A DNA stretch of 61,111 nt from Chloroflexota bacterium. GTDB lineage: Bacteria > Chloroflexota > Limnocylindria > Limnocylindrales > CSP1-4. Under the pieces are notes generated by a model that searched no databases, was not told the origin of the DNA, and saw only the letters and a program-made list of their open reading frames with translations. The translations under genes and the position numbers were made by a program. Of this stretch, positions 48,074 through 57,797 are shown one piece after another; positions within the stretch are counted from its first letter, which is position 1, and every line of letters begins with the position of its first letter. The stretch lies in the NCBI GenBank assembly GCA_013815585.1, contig JACDFU010000001.1:1-61111 (forward strand). Reading direction: 5' to 3'.

Positions 48074-48189
48074 GCAACGTCGCGCCATCGTCCGGAGGGT
48101 CGTGTCCCACGAGCTCCTCTGGCGCCTCACATCCACTCCCGTCATCAATCGTCGATGGCTGCGTGCGCGGCGTCGACTCCAGGGGAACC

Positions 48190-48897
48190 ATGTACGCAGT
48201 CATTGAGAGCGGCGGGAAACAGTATCGCGTCGAGCTGGGGACCGAACTCGAGGTCGACCGGCTCGAGGCGGAAGCCGGCCAGACAATCGAGTTCGATCGA
48301 GTCCTTCTGGTCGCCGACGGCGAGGATTCAGCGATCGGCCAGCCTGTCGTTTCCGGAGCGACAGTCAAGGCAGACGTCGTTCGCCGCGACCGGGGCGACA
48401 AGATCGTCGTCTTCAAGTACCGCCCCAAGGCACGCACCCGCGTCAAGCACGGTCACCGCCAGGAGCTGACGGTCCTGCGCATCGCTGACATCGTTCACGG
48501 CGGCAAGAGCGCGCGCAAACAGGCGGATGAAGCTCGCACCGAGCGCGAGCGCCTGCAGGCGGCGGCGGACGAGCAGGCCAGGCGTCAGGCGGCCGCAGAT
48601 CGCGATCTTGCCCGTAAGCTGGCCAGGGAGGCGGACGCGGCGGCGGGCAGCGAGGACGACGACAAGGCGGCAGCCAAGCCGCGTCGAGCCTCGCGCAGCA
48701 AGGCGGCGGCCGAGAAGCCTGCGCCCAGGTCGGCGTCGGCCTCGGCAGGGGAGCAGCCCAAGGGCCGCACGACCCGCGTCGTCCAGCGATTGAGCCCCTC
48801 TCGTGGCGGCACCGCGGGTCCTGCCGGCCGCACGCAGGCTCCGACGCCCGAGCCGAAGCGCCGCGCGACCAAGCCCAAGCCAAAGAAGGACGAGTAG
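48190..48897 (+). CDS. rplU: 50S ribosomal protein L21 with a ~130-aa basic/Ala-rich C-terminal extension
   Basis: ATG 48190 is preceded by AGGGGA. The N-terminus [17 protein letters not shown]...[28 protein letters not shown] is canonical L21. The remainder is low-complexity K/R/A/E/P. Confidence 0.93.
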   Translation: MYAVIESGGKQYRVELGTELEVDRLEAEAGQTIEFDRVLLVADGEDSAIGQPVVSGATVKADVVRRDRGDKIVVFKYRPKARTRVKHGHRQELTVLRIADIVHGGKSARKQADEARTERERLQAAADEQARRQAAADRDLARKLAREADAAAGSEDDDKAAAKPRRASRSKAAAEKPAPRSASASAGEQPKGRTTRVVQRLSPSRGGTAGPAGRTQAPTPEPKRRATKPKPKKDE

Positions 48898-48902
48898 GCA
48901 GG

Positions 48903-49214
48903 ATGGCTCACAAGAAGGCTGGCTCCAGCTCCAAGAACGGGCGCGACAGCGTTGGCCAGCGGCTCGGGGTCAAGGCCGGAGATGGTCAGCTCGTGCGGGC
49001 AGGATCCATCATCGTCCGTCAGCGAGGAATGACCTTCCTGGCCGGCACAGGCACGGGCCTCGGAAGGGACTACACGGTCTTCGCGACCGTCGAGGGTCGA
49101 GTTCGTTTCGAGCACAGCGCCCGGAACAAGAAGCGCATTCGCGTCGTTGCCGAGGGAGGCTCTGAGAGCGTCGCGGTGACCGAGGCGCCGGCGATGGAGG
49201 CGGCCAACCCGTGA
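48903..49214 (+). CDS. rpmA: 50S ribosomal protein L27
   Basis: The motif [42 protein letters not shown] identifies L27. Confidence 0.95.
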   Translation: MAHKKAGSSSKNGRDSVGQRLGVKAGDGQLVRAGSIIVRQRGMTFLAGTGTGLGRDYTVFATVEGRVRFEHSARNKKRIRVVAEGGSESVAVTEAPAMEAANP

Positions 49215-49423
49215 AGACCGGCAGTCATCCCGAGTACCACGATGCCCAGGTGCACTGCAGCTCCTGCGGGACCACCTTCACGGTTGGCTCGACCCGGCAT
49301 GAGCTCAGGGTCGACATCTGCTCGAACTGCCATCCGTTCTACACGGGCAAGCAGACGATCGTCGACACGGCCGGCCAGGTGGAGCGATTCCAGAAGCGCC
49401 TCGAGCGGGCCGTCCGAAGCTGA
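49211..49423 (+). CDS. rpmE: 50S ribosomal protein L31 (Zn-binding type A)
   Basis: Motifs are [18 protein letters not shown] and [13 protein letters not shown]. The start forms a GTGA overlap with rpmA. Confidence 0.93.
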   Translation: MKTGSHPEYHDAQVHCSSCGTTFTVGSTRHELRVDICSNCHPFYTGKQTIVDTAGQVERFQKRLERAVRS

Positions 49424-49467
49424 GCGGCGGGTCCGCCCCGCTGATCGAGGCCTGCGGGCGAGCGGAC

Positions 49468-49473
49468 TAGACT
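49468..49473 (+). promoter_or_regulatory. -10-like hexamer TAGACT, 7 nt upstream of the DUF1385 start codon (leaderless-type geometry)
   Basis: The sequence reads TAGACT-GACGCCG-ATG. The spacing is the same as at 4719..4731. Confidence 0.4.
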
Positions 49474-49480
49474 GACGCCG

Positions 49481-50470
49481 ATGGCACGCTTCACCTACGG
49501 CGGTCAGGCCCTGATGGAGGGCGTTCTGATGCGCGGGCGCGACGCGATCGCAGTCGCCCTGCGCAACCCAGACGGCCATATCGTGACGGCGACCGAGCGG
49601 CTCGACTCCGTCCTGCACCGGAACCGCTTCGCCCGTGCGCCGTTGTTCCGGGGCCTGATCGTCCTGTACGAGACCCTGGTGATCGGAACGCGCTGGCTCA
49701 TGCGCTCCGGGGCCGTTGCCGCGGCAGGGGAGGGCGTCGAGATGGGCCGCGGTGCCATCGCCGTGACGCTCGCGCTGACCTTCGGCTTCGCAATCGGTCT
49801 GTTCGTCCTGCTGCCGCTCTTCCTCGCCCAGGTGACCACGCAGGCGGCCCTGGGCCCGAACCAGGCGCTCCTCCAGCATCTCTTCGAGGGATTGATCCGC
49901 GTGGGGCTCTTCGTTGGTTACCTCGCCGTCGTCAGCCAGGCCGGGGACATCAGGCGGGTTTTCCAGTACCACGGCGCTGAGCACATGACGATCCACGCGC
50001 TCGAACACGAGGATCCGCTCACGATCCAGAACGTGCGCCGCTATCCGACCGCGCATCCGCGCTGCGGTACGGAGTTCCTCGTCGTCTTCGTGATCGTCAG
50101 CATCCTGGTCTTCAGCCTGCTGGCGGGCCAGAGCCTGCTGGTCAGCGTGGTGGGCCGGATCGCGCTCATCCCTGTGATCGCGTCGCTCAGCTATGAGCTG
50201 CTCCGCTTCGGGGCCCGCCATCGCTCCAACCCGCTGATCAAGTGGCTTTTCATGCCCGGGATCTGGCTCCAGGGAATCACGACCAAGCAGCCGGACGACT
50301 CGATGATCGAAGTGGCCATCGCCTCCATGCGCGAAGCGCTGACGATCAACGAGGAGCTGGCACCGGCCGGGAGCCTCGATCCGCCGAGACGCCCTCTGGC
50401 GGATGATGCTGCCGGCGACACGACGGCCGCGACGCTGCCGGTCCCGGGATCCAACCTGTCCGAGCGTTGA
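49481..50470 (+). CDS. DUF1385 domain-containing membrane protein
   Basis: The N-terminus is YGGQALMEGVLMRGRD, and the motif YHGAEHM is present. The position between rpmE and prfA is the usual context for DUF1385. Confidence 0.8.
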   Translation: MARFTYGGQALMEGVLMRGRDAIAVALRNPDGHIVTATERLDSVLHRNRFARAPLFRGLIVLYETLVIGTRWLMRSGAVAAAGEGVEMGRGAIAVTLALTFGFAIGLFVLLPLFLAQVTTQAALGPNQALLQHLFEGLIRVGLFVGYLAVVSQAGDIRRVFQYHGAEHMTIHALEHEDPLTIQNVRRYPTAHPRCGTEFLVVFVIVSILVFSLLAGQSLLVSVVGRIALIPVIASLSYELLRFGARHRSNPLIKWLFMPGIWLQGITTKQPDDSMIEVAIASMREALTINEELAPAGSLDPPRRPLADDAAGDTTAATLPVPGSNLSER

Positions 50471-51594
50471 CGGGGAGCACCGGCAGCACCGGCGTCGAAG
50501 GTCGGCTGGCGGAGATCGAGCGACAGTCGCGACAGATCGAGGCGGACCTTTCGCGGCCGGAGACGGCCTCTGATCCGGACGCCCTTCGCCGGCTGGGCAA
50601 GGAGCTGGCCCGTATCCAGCCCGTCGTGGCGGTCTACCGTCAGCTCGGCGAGATCCGCGGCGAGCTCGAGGGTGCGCGCCAGGTCGTCGATGCCGAGGCG
50701 GACCATGCGATCCGTGATGCGTTCCGCGAGGAGGCTGAGCGCCTGGAGTCCGAGGAGGCCAGGCTGACCGAGGAGCTGCGAGTGCTGCTCCTGCCCCGCG
50801 ATCCGAATGACGAGAAGAATGTCATCGTCGAGATCCGGGCCGGCACCGGAGGCGAGGAAGCTGCGCTCTTTGCGGCCGAGCTGTTCCGGATGTACGTCCG
50901 CTACGCCGAGCGACGTCGCTGGTCCACCGAGACGATCTCCGCGAACGAGACAGGCATCGGTGGGTTACGTGAGGCCTTCCTTGGCGTGGAGGGCGATGGG
51001 GCCTACAGCCGGCTCAAGTTCGAGAGCGGGGTGCACCGCGTTCAGCGCGTCCCGGAGACCGAATCGGGGGGCCGGATCCACACCTCGACCGCCACCGTCG
51101 CCGTCCTGCCCGAGGCCGACGAGGTGGAGGTCGAGATCGACGACCGCGAGCTGCGGATCGACGTGTACCGCTCCACCGGTCCAGGCGGGCAGAGCGTCAA
51201 CACGACCGACTCGGCTGTCCGCATCACGCACCTGCCGACGGGGCTGGTGGTAGCCATCCAGGACGAGAAGAGCCAGCACAAGAACAAGGCGAAGGCGCTC
51301 GCCGTGCTCCGGGCCCGCCTCCTGGAGATGGAGCAGCGCAAGGCACACGACGCAGAAGCAGAGGTCCGCCGGAGCATGGTGGGCTCCGCCGAGCGCTCCG
51401 AGAAGATCCGCACGTATAACTTTCCGCAGGATCGGGTGACCGACCACCGCATCGGGATGGACCTGCACAACCTGCCCGCCGTCATGGACGGCGAGCTGGA
51501 CCGCCTCATCGATGCCCTGGTGACCACCGATCAGGCGCAGCTGATGGCGGCAGCCGGCGACGGCGCGCCTCGGGCCGGGGGCGGCCTGCGATGA
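50467..51594 (+). CDS. prfA: Peptide chain release factor 1
   Basis: Motifs are RVQRVPETESGGRIHTSTATVAVLPE (the PxT motif) and RSTGPGGQSVNTTDSAVRITHLPTG (GGQ). The TTG start overlaps the previous stop. Confidence 0.95.
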   Translation: MTGSTGSTGVEGRLAEIERQSRQIEADLSRPETASDPDALRRLGKELARIQPVVAVYRQLGEIRGELEGARQVVDAEADHAIRDAFREEAERLESEEARLTEELRVLLLPRDPNDEKNVIVEIRAGTGGEEAALFAAELFRMYVRYAERRRWSTETISANETGIGGLREAFLGVEGDGAYSRLKFESGVHRVQRVPETESGGRIHTSTATVAVLPEADEVEVEIDDRELRIDVYRSTGPGGQSVNTTDSAVRITHLPTGLVVAIQDEKSQHKNKAKALAVLRARLLEMEQRKAHDAEAEVRRSMVGSAERSEKIRTYNFPQDRVTDHRIGMDLHNLPAVMDGELDRLIDALVTTDQAQLMAAAGDGAPRAGGGLR

Positions 51595-53870
51595 CCCGGC
51601 TGGGCAGGGCGGCGGAGAGACTGCCCGACGCCACGGTCGCAGCCCGAGCGGCACCGACGGCCTCGCCGTTTCGACGGCTGACACTGCCCGATCCGGTCGT
51701 TCAGCCTGCGACCGATCTCACCGGCGTGCTCATCCTCAAGCACGACAACCTCTTCCTCCTCACCGACCCGTTCGGGGATATCCATCCGGACAGCCGCGGA
51801 CTCGGCCTCTACCTCGACGACACGCGCCTGCTCTCTCACTACGAGCTGCGCATCAACGATCAGCGCCCGGTGGTGCTTCGCACCGGCACGGGCGGAAGCT
51901 TCAGCAGCGCGCTGCAGATGACGAATCCGGCCTTTCTGAAGAACCGCATCACCAAGCAGGAGCCGAACGACGTGCTCGCCGCCCAGTCGCTCGGTGTCCT
52001 GCGCGAGCGCCTGCTGAGCGGAGCATTTCGAGACCGGATCACGATCCGCAACTACACGCGGGGGATCGAGCGCCGGCGGCTGAGCTTGCGACTCGGGGCC
52101 GACTTCGCGGACATCTTCGAGGTCCGGGGCAGGCGGCGCGACCATCACGCTCGCATGCGCCAGGCGCTCGTCGGCCCGGATCGGGTCGTCTTCACCTACC
52201 GCGGCGCAGACGATCGCCTGGCCCGCTCGCAGGTCGCGCTCTCGGAGCCAGCCCGGGCACTGGACGGCGAGCTGGGCTTCGAACTGGACTGGGAGCTGCC
52301 GCCTGGCGGGGAGCGGTCACTCGAGATCACGATCTGGGGCGACCTTGACGTCAGCGGGGCGGCCGAGGAAGCGGACGTCGGTGAGGTGTCCGGGGCGCCG
52401 GTGCCTGTGCTCCTGGATTCCGCGCCCGCTGCTGCTCACCGCGCCTGGCAGGCAAGCGCGGCGGCGTTTCACAGCTCCAATGCCTTTGCGGACCGCGCCC
52501 TCAGCCGCGCCATGGCCGATCTGCGCATGCTGGTGAGCCAAGGGCCCGCCGAGGGAGAGCGGTTCATCTCGGCTGGCGTGCCCTGGTTCGCCACCCTCTT
52601 CGGGCGCGATTCCATCATCACGGCCCTTCAGCTGCTTTCAATCCGACCCCAGGTCGCCGTTGAAGTGCTGCAGTTGCTTGCGCGACTGCAGGCCACCGAG
52701 GTGGACCTCTGGCGCGATGCCGAGCCCGGCAAGATCCTCCATGAGCTGCGCGCAGGGGAGATGGCGCGGACCGGGGAGGTGCCCCACTCGCCGTACTACG
52801 GCTCGGTGGACTCCACCCCGCTATGGCTGATCCTGCTCGGCGAGACGTACCGCTGGACGGGAGATCGCGCCCTCGTCGAGCACCTGTGGCCCAATGCCCT
52901 GGCCTGCCTCCGTTGGATCGACGAGTTCGGCGATGCCGACGGGGATGGCTTCGTCGAATACGAGCGACGGTCGCCGAAGGGCCTGCTCAACCAGGGCTGG
53001 AAGGATTCGGGAGATGCGAATCGGTACCGCGACGGCTCGCTCGCCGATCCGCCCCTGGCACTCGTGGAGGTACAGGCCTACGTCTACGCGGCACGTCGGC
53101 AGGTGGCGCGGTTGGCGCGGATGCTGGGCGACGATGGGCTGTCCAGGGCGCAGGAGAAGGCAGCCCAGGACCTCCGCGATCGCTTCGAGGCGTCCTTCTG
53201 GATGGAGGACGCCGGCACCTACGCGCTCGCGCTCGATGGACGAAAGCAGCACGTGGACGGCGTGGCCTCGAACGCGGGCCATGCGCTCTGGTGCGGCATC
53301 GCCAGCCCGGAGCGGGCCTCCCGCGTGGCTGCCACCCTCACCGGCCCGGAGATGTGGAGCGGCTGGGGAGTCCGTACGCTGTCGAGCGGCATGCCCGGCT
53401 ACAACCCGATCGGGTATCACATCGGAACGGTCTGGCCGCACGACAACGCGATCTTGGCCGAGGGGCTGGCACGCTATGGCCACCACGAGCAGGCTGCTCA
53501 GATCTGCGCTGCCCTCCTGGAGGCGACCTCCTACTTCCGCGATGCCCGCCTGCCGGAGCTCTTCTGCGGCTTCGACCGCCTGACCTCGCCGCTGCCGGTC
53601 CCGTATCCCATGGCCTGCGTGCCACAGTCCTGGGCGGCCGGAGCGCTGTTCCAGCTCATGGGCTCGATGCTCGGGCTGAGACCGGACGCCCAGGCAGCAG
53701 AGCTGGAGCTGCGCTCGCCCGCGCTACCGGACTGGCTTCCCGAGGTGCGGGTCGAGAACCTCCGGGTTGGCGAGGCCGTCGTCGACCTGCTCTTCCAGCG
53801 AAGCGACGGCTCCACGAGCGTGCGAGTCCTCCGCCGGTCAGGCGACCTGGCCGTTCTCGTGCACGTCTGA
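51591..53870 (+). CDS. Glycogen debranching enzyme-like protein (GDE N-terminal domain + amylo-alpha-1,6-glucosidase domain)
   Basis: The N-terminal motif is LKHDNLFLLTDPFGDI. The C-terminal (alpha/alpha)6-type motifs are GVPWFATLFGRDS, GKILHE, LLNQGWKDS and GTVWPHDNA. Confidence 0.8.
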   Translation: MTRLGRAAERLPDATVAARAAPTASPFRRLTLPDPVVQPATDLTGVLILKHDNLFLLTDPFGDIHPDSRGLGLYLDDTRLLSHYELRINDQRPVVLRTGTGGSFSSALQMTNPAFLKNRITKQEPNDVLAAQSLGVLRERLLSGAFRDRITIRNYTRGIERRRLSLRLGADFADIFEVRGRRRDHHARMRQALVGPDRVVFTYRGADDRLARSQVALSEPARALDGELGFELDWELPPGGERSLEITIWGDLDVSGAAEEADVGEVSGAPVPVLLDSAPAAAHRAWQASAAAFHSSNAFADRALSRAMADLRMLVSQGPAEGERFISAGVPWFATLFGRDSIITALQLLSIRPQVAVEVLQLLARLQATEVDLWRDAEPGKILHELRAGEMARTGEVPHSPYYGSVDSTPLWLILLGETYRWTGDRALVEHLWPNALACLRWIDEFGDADGDGFVEYERRSPKGLLNQGWKDSGDANRYRDGSLADPPLALVEVQAYVYAARRQVARLARMLGDDGLSRAQEKAAQDLRDRFEASFWMEDAGTYALALDGRKQHVDGVASNAGHALWCGIASPERASRVAATLTGPEMWSGWGVRTLSSGMPGYNPIGYHIGTVWPHDNAILAEGLARYGHHEQAAQICAALLEATSYFRDARLPELFCGFDRLTSPLPVPYPMACVPQSWAAGALFQLMGSMLGLRPDAQAAELELRSPALPDWLPEVRVENLRVGEAVVDLLFQRSDGSTSVRVLRRSGDLAVLVHV

Positions 53871-53871
53871 C

Positions 53872-54795
53872 TTGGCGTCGGTCCAGGCCGCGCTGCACCA
53901 GGGGGTCGAGCAACTTCGGACGGCAGGATCCGAGTCGGCCCGGCTCGATGCCGAGCTGCTGCTCGCTCACGTTCTCGGGACTGACCGCACGACGATCCTC
54001 GCCCACCCAGAAGCCGGCGTCGGGGAAGGTCAGATGCGCTCGTACGAGGAGGCACTCAGACGACGGTCCGCGGGCGAGCCGGTCGCCTACCTCCGCGGCG
54101 TGAAGGAGTTCTTCGGGATGGCCTTCACCGTCGATCAGCGAGCGTTCATTCCGCGGCCCGAGACCGAGCGCCTCGTGGAGCTGGGGCTCGAGCGCTGCAT
54201 CGCGATGCTGACGGCAGCTCCCCGACCCGCCGACAGCTCCCCCGTGCAGGTCCTGGACGTCGGGACGGGCAGCGGGGCGGTCGCGGTGGCCCTGGCCGCG
54301 GCGCTCCGCCGCCGCGGTTTCCACGACACGGTGCGGTTCCTTGCCACCGACAGCTCGGGCCCGGCGCTCGCCTTGGCCACGGAGAACGCCGTTGGGCATG
54401 GCGTGGCGGACGTGATCCGTTTCCGCGAGGCCGACGTCCAGGCCGAGGATCTCGTCGATGGACCGTACGACCTGGTCCTCGCGAACCTGCCCTACGTCCC
54501 CAGTGACCTCGTGCCACAGCTGCCGGTCGCGGCCTCATTCGAGCCGAGCGTCGCCCTGGACGGAGGCGCGGACGGGCTCGTGCTGATCCGCGCGCTGATG
54601 GAGCAGCTGCCAGGATTGCTGGCCGGCCGCGGCTGCGGTCTCCTGGAGATAGGTTCGGATCAGCGACACGCCGTGGCCCAGGCGGCCGACGAGCTGCTCC
54701 CCGGCTGGGAGGTGAGCGTGCACGACGATCTGGCGAGCCTGCCGCGCGTCGCGGAGCTCCGTCCACCACGGCCGGATGACCGGCCTGTTCGTTAA
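53872..54795 (+). CDS. prmC: Release factor glutamine methyltransferase PrmC (HemK)
   Basis: Motifs are ARLDAELLLAHVLG, VLDVGTGSGAVAVALA and ANLPYV (NPPY-type). The start is placed at TTG 53872, 1 nt after the previous stop. The track start 53767 lies inside the previous gene. Confidence 0.85.
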   Translation: MASVQAALHQGVEQLRTAGSESARLDAELLLAHVLGTDRTTILAHPEAGVGEGQMRSYEEALRRRSAGEPVAYLRGVKEFFGMAFTVDQRAFIPRPETERLVELGLERCIAMLTAAPRPADSSPVQVLDVGTGSGAVAVALAAALRRRGFHDTVRFLATDSSGPALALATENAVGHGVADVIRFREADVQAEDLVDGPYDLVLANLPYVPSDLVPQLPVAASFEPSVALDGGADGLVLIRALMEQLPGLLAGRGCGLLEIGSDQRHAVAQAADELLPGWEVSVHDDLASLPRVAELRPPRPDDRPVR

Positions 54796-54819
54796 CGGAG
54801 CGCGGCTAGGGTTGTCTTC

Positions 54820-55659
54820 GTGAAGCCCCGCCATCCGATCCGCCTGCTCGCCCTCGACCTCGATGGAACGATCCTGGGTCCCGATCTCGTCGTATCCGAA
54901 CGGGTCAGGGCAGCCCTGGCGGAGGTGCGGGACGCCGGCGTCGAGGTCGTCGTGGCCACCGGCCGCATGTATCGCAGCGCGCTCCGCTATGCCGAGCTGC
55001 TCGACCTGATCGGTCCGCTGATCTGCTACCAGGGTGCCTACGTTCGTGGGCGGCCACAGCCGGACGGCTCTCCGGGAGCGGTCCTCTTTCACCGCCCGAT
55101 GTCTGGCCGTGTCGCTCGCGAAGCGATCAGCTGGTCACGGGCGCACGGCTTCGATCCCCACCTGAACATGGATGACCGCCTCGTGATGGAGATGGGCGAC
55201 GAAGGGGCGATCGACTACGAGCGACTTTCCGGGATCGGTGCCGAGTTCGTTCCGGATCTGCTCCGAGCCGCCCGTCGGGCCGTGACCAAGGTGCTTGCGG
55301 TCGGCCCCGGTGGGCTGCCGCAGCAGCATCTTGCCGAGGCCCGGGCCGACTTCGAGGGCCGGGCCCAGGTGACGGTCTCCCATCCCGAGTACCTGGAATG
55401 GACGGCCCCGAACGTCCACAAGGCTCGCGCCCTGCGCTGGCTCAGCCGCCAGCGCCACGTGCCGATGGCCCAGGTGATGGCCGTGGGGGACCAGTTCAAC
55501 GACCTGGAGATGCTGGCTGCCGTGGGTCACGGCGTGGCAATGGGCGGGGCGCCGGCGGAGGTGCGAGCCGCAGCCCGATACGTCACCGCCTCGTATGACA
55601 GCGACGGCGCTGCGCTGGCGATGGAGGTGCTCATCCTCAACCGCGGGGCGCTTGATTGA
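54820..55659 (+). CDS. Cof-type HAD-IIB family hydrolase
   Basis: Motifs are LLALDLDGTIL, VVVATGRMY and VGDQFNDLEML. Confidence 0.85.
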   Translation: MKPRHPIRLLALDLDGTILGPDLVVSERVRAALAEVRDAGVEVVVATGRMYRSALRYAELLDLIGPLICYQGAYVRGRPQPDGSPGAVLFHRPMSGRVAREAISWSRAHGFDPHLNMDDRLVMEMGDEGAIDYERLSGIGAEFVPDLLRAARRAVTKVLAVGPGGLPQQHLAEARADFEGRAQVTVSHPEYLEWTAPNVHKARALRWLSRQRHVPMAQVMAVGDQFNDLEMLAAVGHGVAMGGAPAEVRAAARYVTASYDSDGAALAMEVLILNRGALD

Positions 55660-56345
55660 GCGCTCCAGACGCGCCTGCACCGTCGATCGTCCCGCTGAGT
55701 GACCCGGACTGGGAGGACAGAGCAGTCGCAGCGCTGGAAGCGCAGCAGTTGGTCGGCGTGCCGACCGAGACCGTTTATGGCCTCGCTGCGCTCACCACCG
55801 ACGCTGCGCTGGCGGCCCTGATCGCGGCGAAGGGACGGAGCGCGGCGAAGGGCATCACGCTTGCCCTCGCGTGGCTCGACCAGGCCGAGGCGTTCGCGGT
55901 CGTCGACGATGCGGCGCGCAGGCTGGCCCACCGCTTCTGGCCGGGTCCCCTGACCATGGTGCTGCCGGTGGCACCCGGGACGTCGCTCCCCACCTTGCTG
56001 ACCGGCGACGGCGAGAGCGTCGGTGTGCGGCTTCCCGACCATCCGGTTCCACGGCGCCTGGCCGGACGGCTGGGCCCGCTCGCCCTCACGTCGGCAAACC
56101 TCTCCGGTCAGCCCGCGGCCCTCGACGCGCGTTCCGTCGTCGCCGCCCTGGAGCCCTTCCTCGCCCTCGTGGTCGACGGCGGTCCCGTGAGGGGGGGGCT
56201 CGCCTCGACCGTCGTCCGTCTCGGAGCGCGGGGCGATCGTGCCGGTGGCGATCGGTCGGTCGAGTTTCTCCGGGACGGGCCGATCAGCCGGGCGCTGATT
56301 CTGCAGGCTCTGGGCCCGCCGTCCGTGCCCGGAGAAGGATCGTGA
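55656..56345 (+). CDS. tsaC: L-threonylcarbamoyladenylate synthase (TsaC/YrdC domain)
   Basis: Motifs are VGVPTETVYGLAA, RFWPGPLTMVL and TSANLSGQP. The start forms a TTGA overlap with the HAD gene. Confidence 0.8.
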   Translation: MSAPDAPAPSIVPLSDPDWEDRAVAALEAQQLVGVPTETVYGLAALTTDAALAALIAAKGRSAAKGITLALAWLDQAEAFAVVDDAARRLAHRFWPGPLTMVLPVAPGTSLPTLLTGDGESVGVRLPDHPVPRRLAGRLGPLALTSANLSGQPAALDARSVVAALEPFLALVVDGGPVRGGLASTVVRLGARGDRAGGDRSVEFLRDGPISRALILQALGPPSVPGEGS

Positions 56346-57693
56346 GGGCAGCGAGGCCCGCCACCGCGCCGAGAAGGAGTTCGACGGTGGAAAAGCCGGG
56401 CACGGGCCGTCCCGTGAACGGCGTGAGCTCGAGCTGGGCGCCAACAAACGCGGAGGCGACGGCGGCGCCGAACGACCCGCCCAGGAAGAAGACAAGGTTG
56501 TAGGCCCCGACCGCCAGCGGACGATCTCGACCGGCAAAGCGGACGGTCAGCTCGCTCAGGAGCGGAGGGCCCAGCAGGCCGAAGCCGAACCCGATCGGCG
56601 CGAGGAGCGCGGCAAGGACCATCACCGGCGCACCCGGACCGGCCAGCGCGAGGCCCAAGCCGCCGGCGGCCAGCGAGGTCAGCGCAAGCATCGTCGTCCT
56701 GCGTGAATTCAGGCGGCCCTGCACGCGCGCGTTGTTGAGTGATGTTGCCGCAGCCACCAGGGCCATGGGCAGCAGCACGAACCCGAGTGAGATGCCGGTC
56801 AGACCGTGGGCGGTCGAAACCGCGACCGGAATGCTGACCAGCGTTCCGAAGAAGGTGCTCATGCCAAGGGCGCCGAGGACGGACACCCGCTGGAAGACGG
56901 GATCGAGCAGGATCCGTCGAGGCAGGAATGCGTCGGATCTCTTGACGGCCCGTTGCGCGATTGCGACGACCGCAATGGCGAGGACCACAGCGGCGATGAC
57001 GCTCAGCGGTGCGACGCCGATGAGCACGAACCGGTTGAGGAGGAACGTGGCGGCGAGGACGGCCACCGAAACCCAGGCTGCACCGGCGACGTCCAGGCCA
57101 ACGGCCGGCGACTCCGGAACACCGCGCCGCCCTTCCTGGGGGAGCGTTTCGCCCTCGCCTCTCCCCCAAAGGGCCAGTGCGGCGGGCGCGGCGACCATGC
57201 CGAACGCCACCGCCGCCCTCCAGCCGAGGAACTCCAGCGCGGCGCCTCCGAGGAGCGGACCGAGCGCGAGGCCAGTCCCCACGGCGGCCACGGTCACGCC
57301 GAGCGCGGCGGCGCGCTCCGGCCCGGGAAAGCGACCCGCGATGAGAGCGGCCGAGAGGGTCGGGATGGCGCCGGAGCCGAGGCCCTGGATGCCTCGCGCA
57401 CCAATCAGCAGCGGCAGGCTGGGCGCCACTGCGGCGAGCAGGCTGCCACAGGCGAAGATAGCGACCCCGGTCGCGATCGAGGGACCGATCCCGAACCGCG
57501 CGGCCAGTCCACCCCACACGGCGGTAGCCACGGCGAAGGTCGCGCTGTAGCCGAAGACCACCCAGCCGACGTCCGCCGGCCCGGCCTCGAACGCATCGGC
57601 GATGGCAGGCTGTGCGAGCGAGCCACTGCTGTTGTTCGCCACCACGATGAGGACGAGGAAGCCGAGCAGGGCAAGCAGGATCCGGCGGTCGAT
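56284..57693 (-). CDS. MFS transporter (DHA2/EmrB-like, many TM segments)
   Basis: TM1 reads RRILLALLGFLVLIVVANNSSGSLAQPAIADAF, and the MFS loop is GGLAARFG. The start is uncertain. AAGGAGG (57704..57698) sits 4 nt before in-frame ATC 57693. The canonical alternatives are GTG 57750 and 57813, and 57813 would overlap the glyA start. Confidence 0.8.
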   Translation of the reverse strand: MDRRILLALLGFLVLIVVANNSSGSLAQPAIADAFEAGPADVGWVVFGYSATFAVATAVWGGLAARFGIGPSIATGVAIFACGSLLAAVAPSLPLLIGARGIQGLGSGAIPTLSAALIAGRFPGPERAAALGVTVAAVGTGLALGPLLGGAALEFLGWRAAVAFGMVAAPAALALWGRGEGETLPQEGRRGVPESPAVGLDVAGAAWVSVAVLAATFLLNRFVLIGVAPLSVIAAVVLAIAVVAIAQRAVKRSDAFLPRRILLDPVFQRVSVLGALGMSTFFGTLVSIPVAVSTAHGLTGISLGFVLLPMALVAAATSLNNARVQGRLNSRRTTMLALTSLAAGGLGLALAGPGAPVMVLAALLAPIGFGFGLLGPPLLSELTVRFAGRDRPLAVGAYNLVFFLGGSFGAAVASAFVGAQLELTPFTGRPVPGFSTVELLLGAVAGLAALTILLRARTAGPEPAESAPG

Positions 57694-57797
57694 GACCCCT
57701 CCTTGGGCGGCCGTGGCCGCCGTGTATACACTCTTCGGTGCGGCCGGCACGGCTGGGCATGCACAGCGGGCGCCGCGCGAGGAGGACGCTGTCCCCA

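Noticed and set aside
56284-56345. A 62-nt overlap of the convergent 3' ends of tsaC and the MFS gene.
   Set aside because: Stop codons are rare in GC-rich DNA, so convergent tail overlaps are common. Both tails are low-complexity, and no functional claim is warranted.
57694-57797. A possible ZTP/pfl or THF riboswitch upstream of glyA. ACGGCTGGGCA vaguely resembles the CCGCCUGGGCA 3' element.
   Set aside because: The 5' sub-domain signatures (GGGUCGUGAC, GGGAAACC-type helices) are absent, and the leader is too short. I judge this to be chance similarity.
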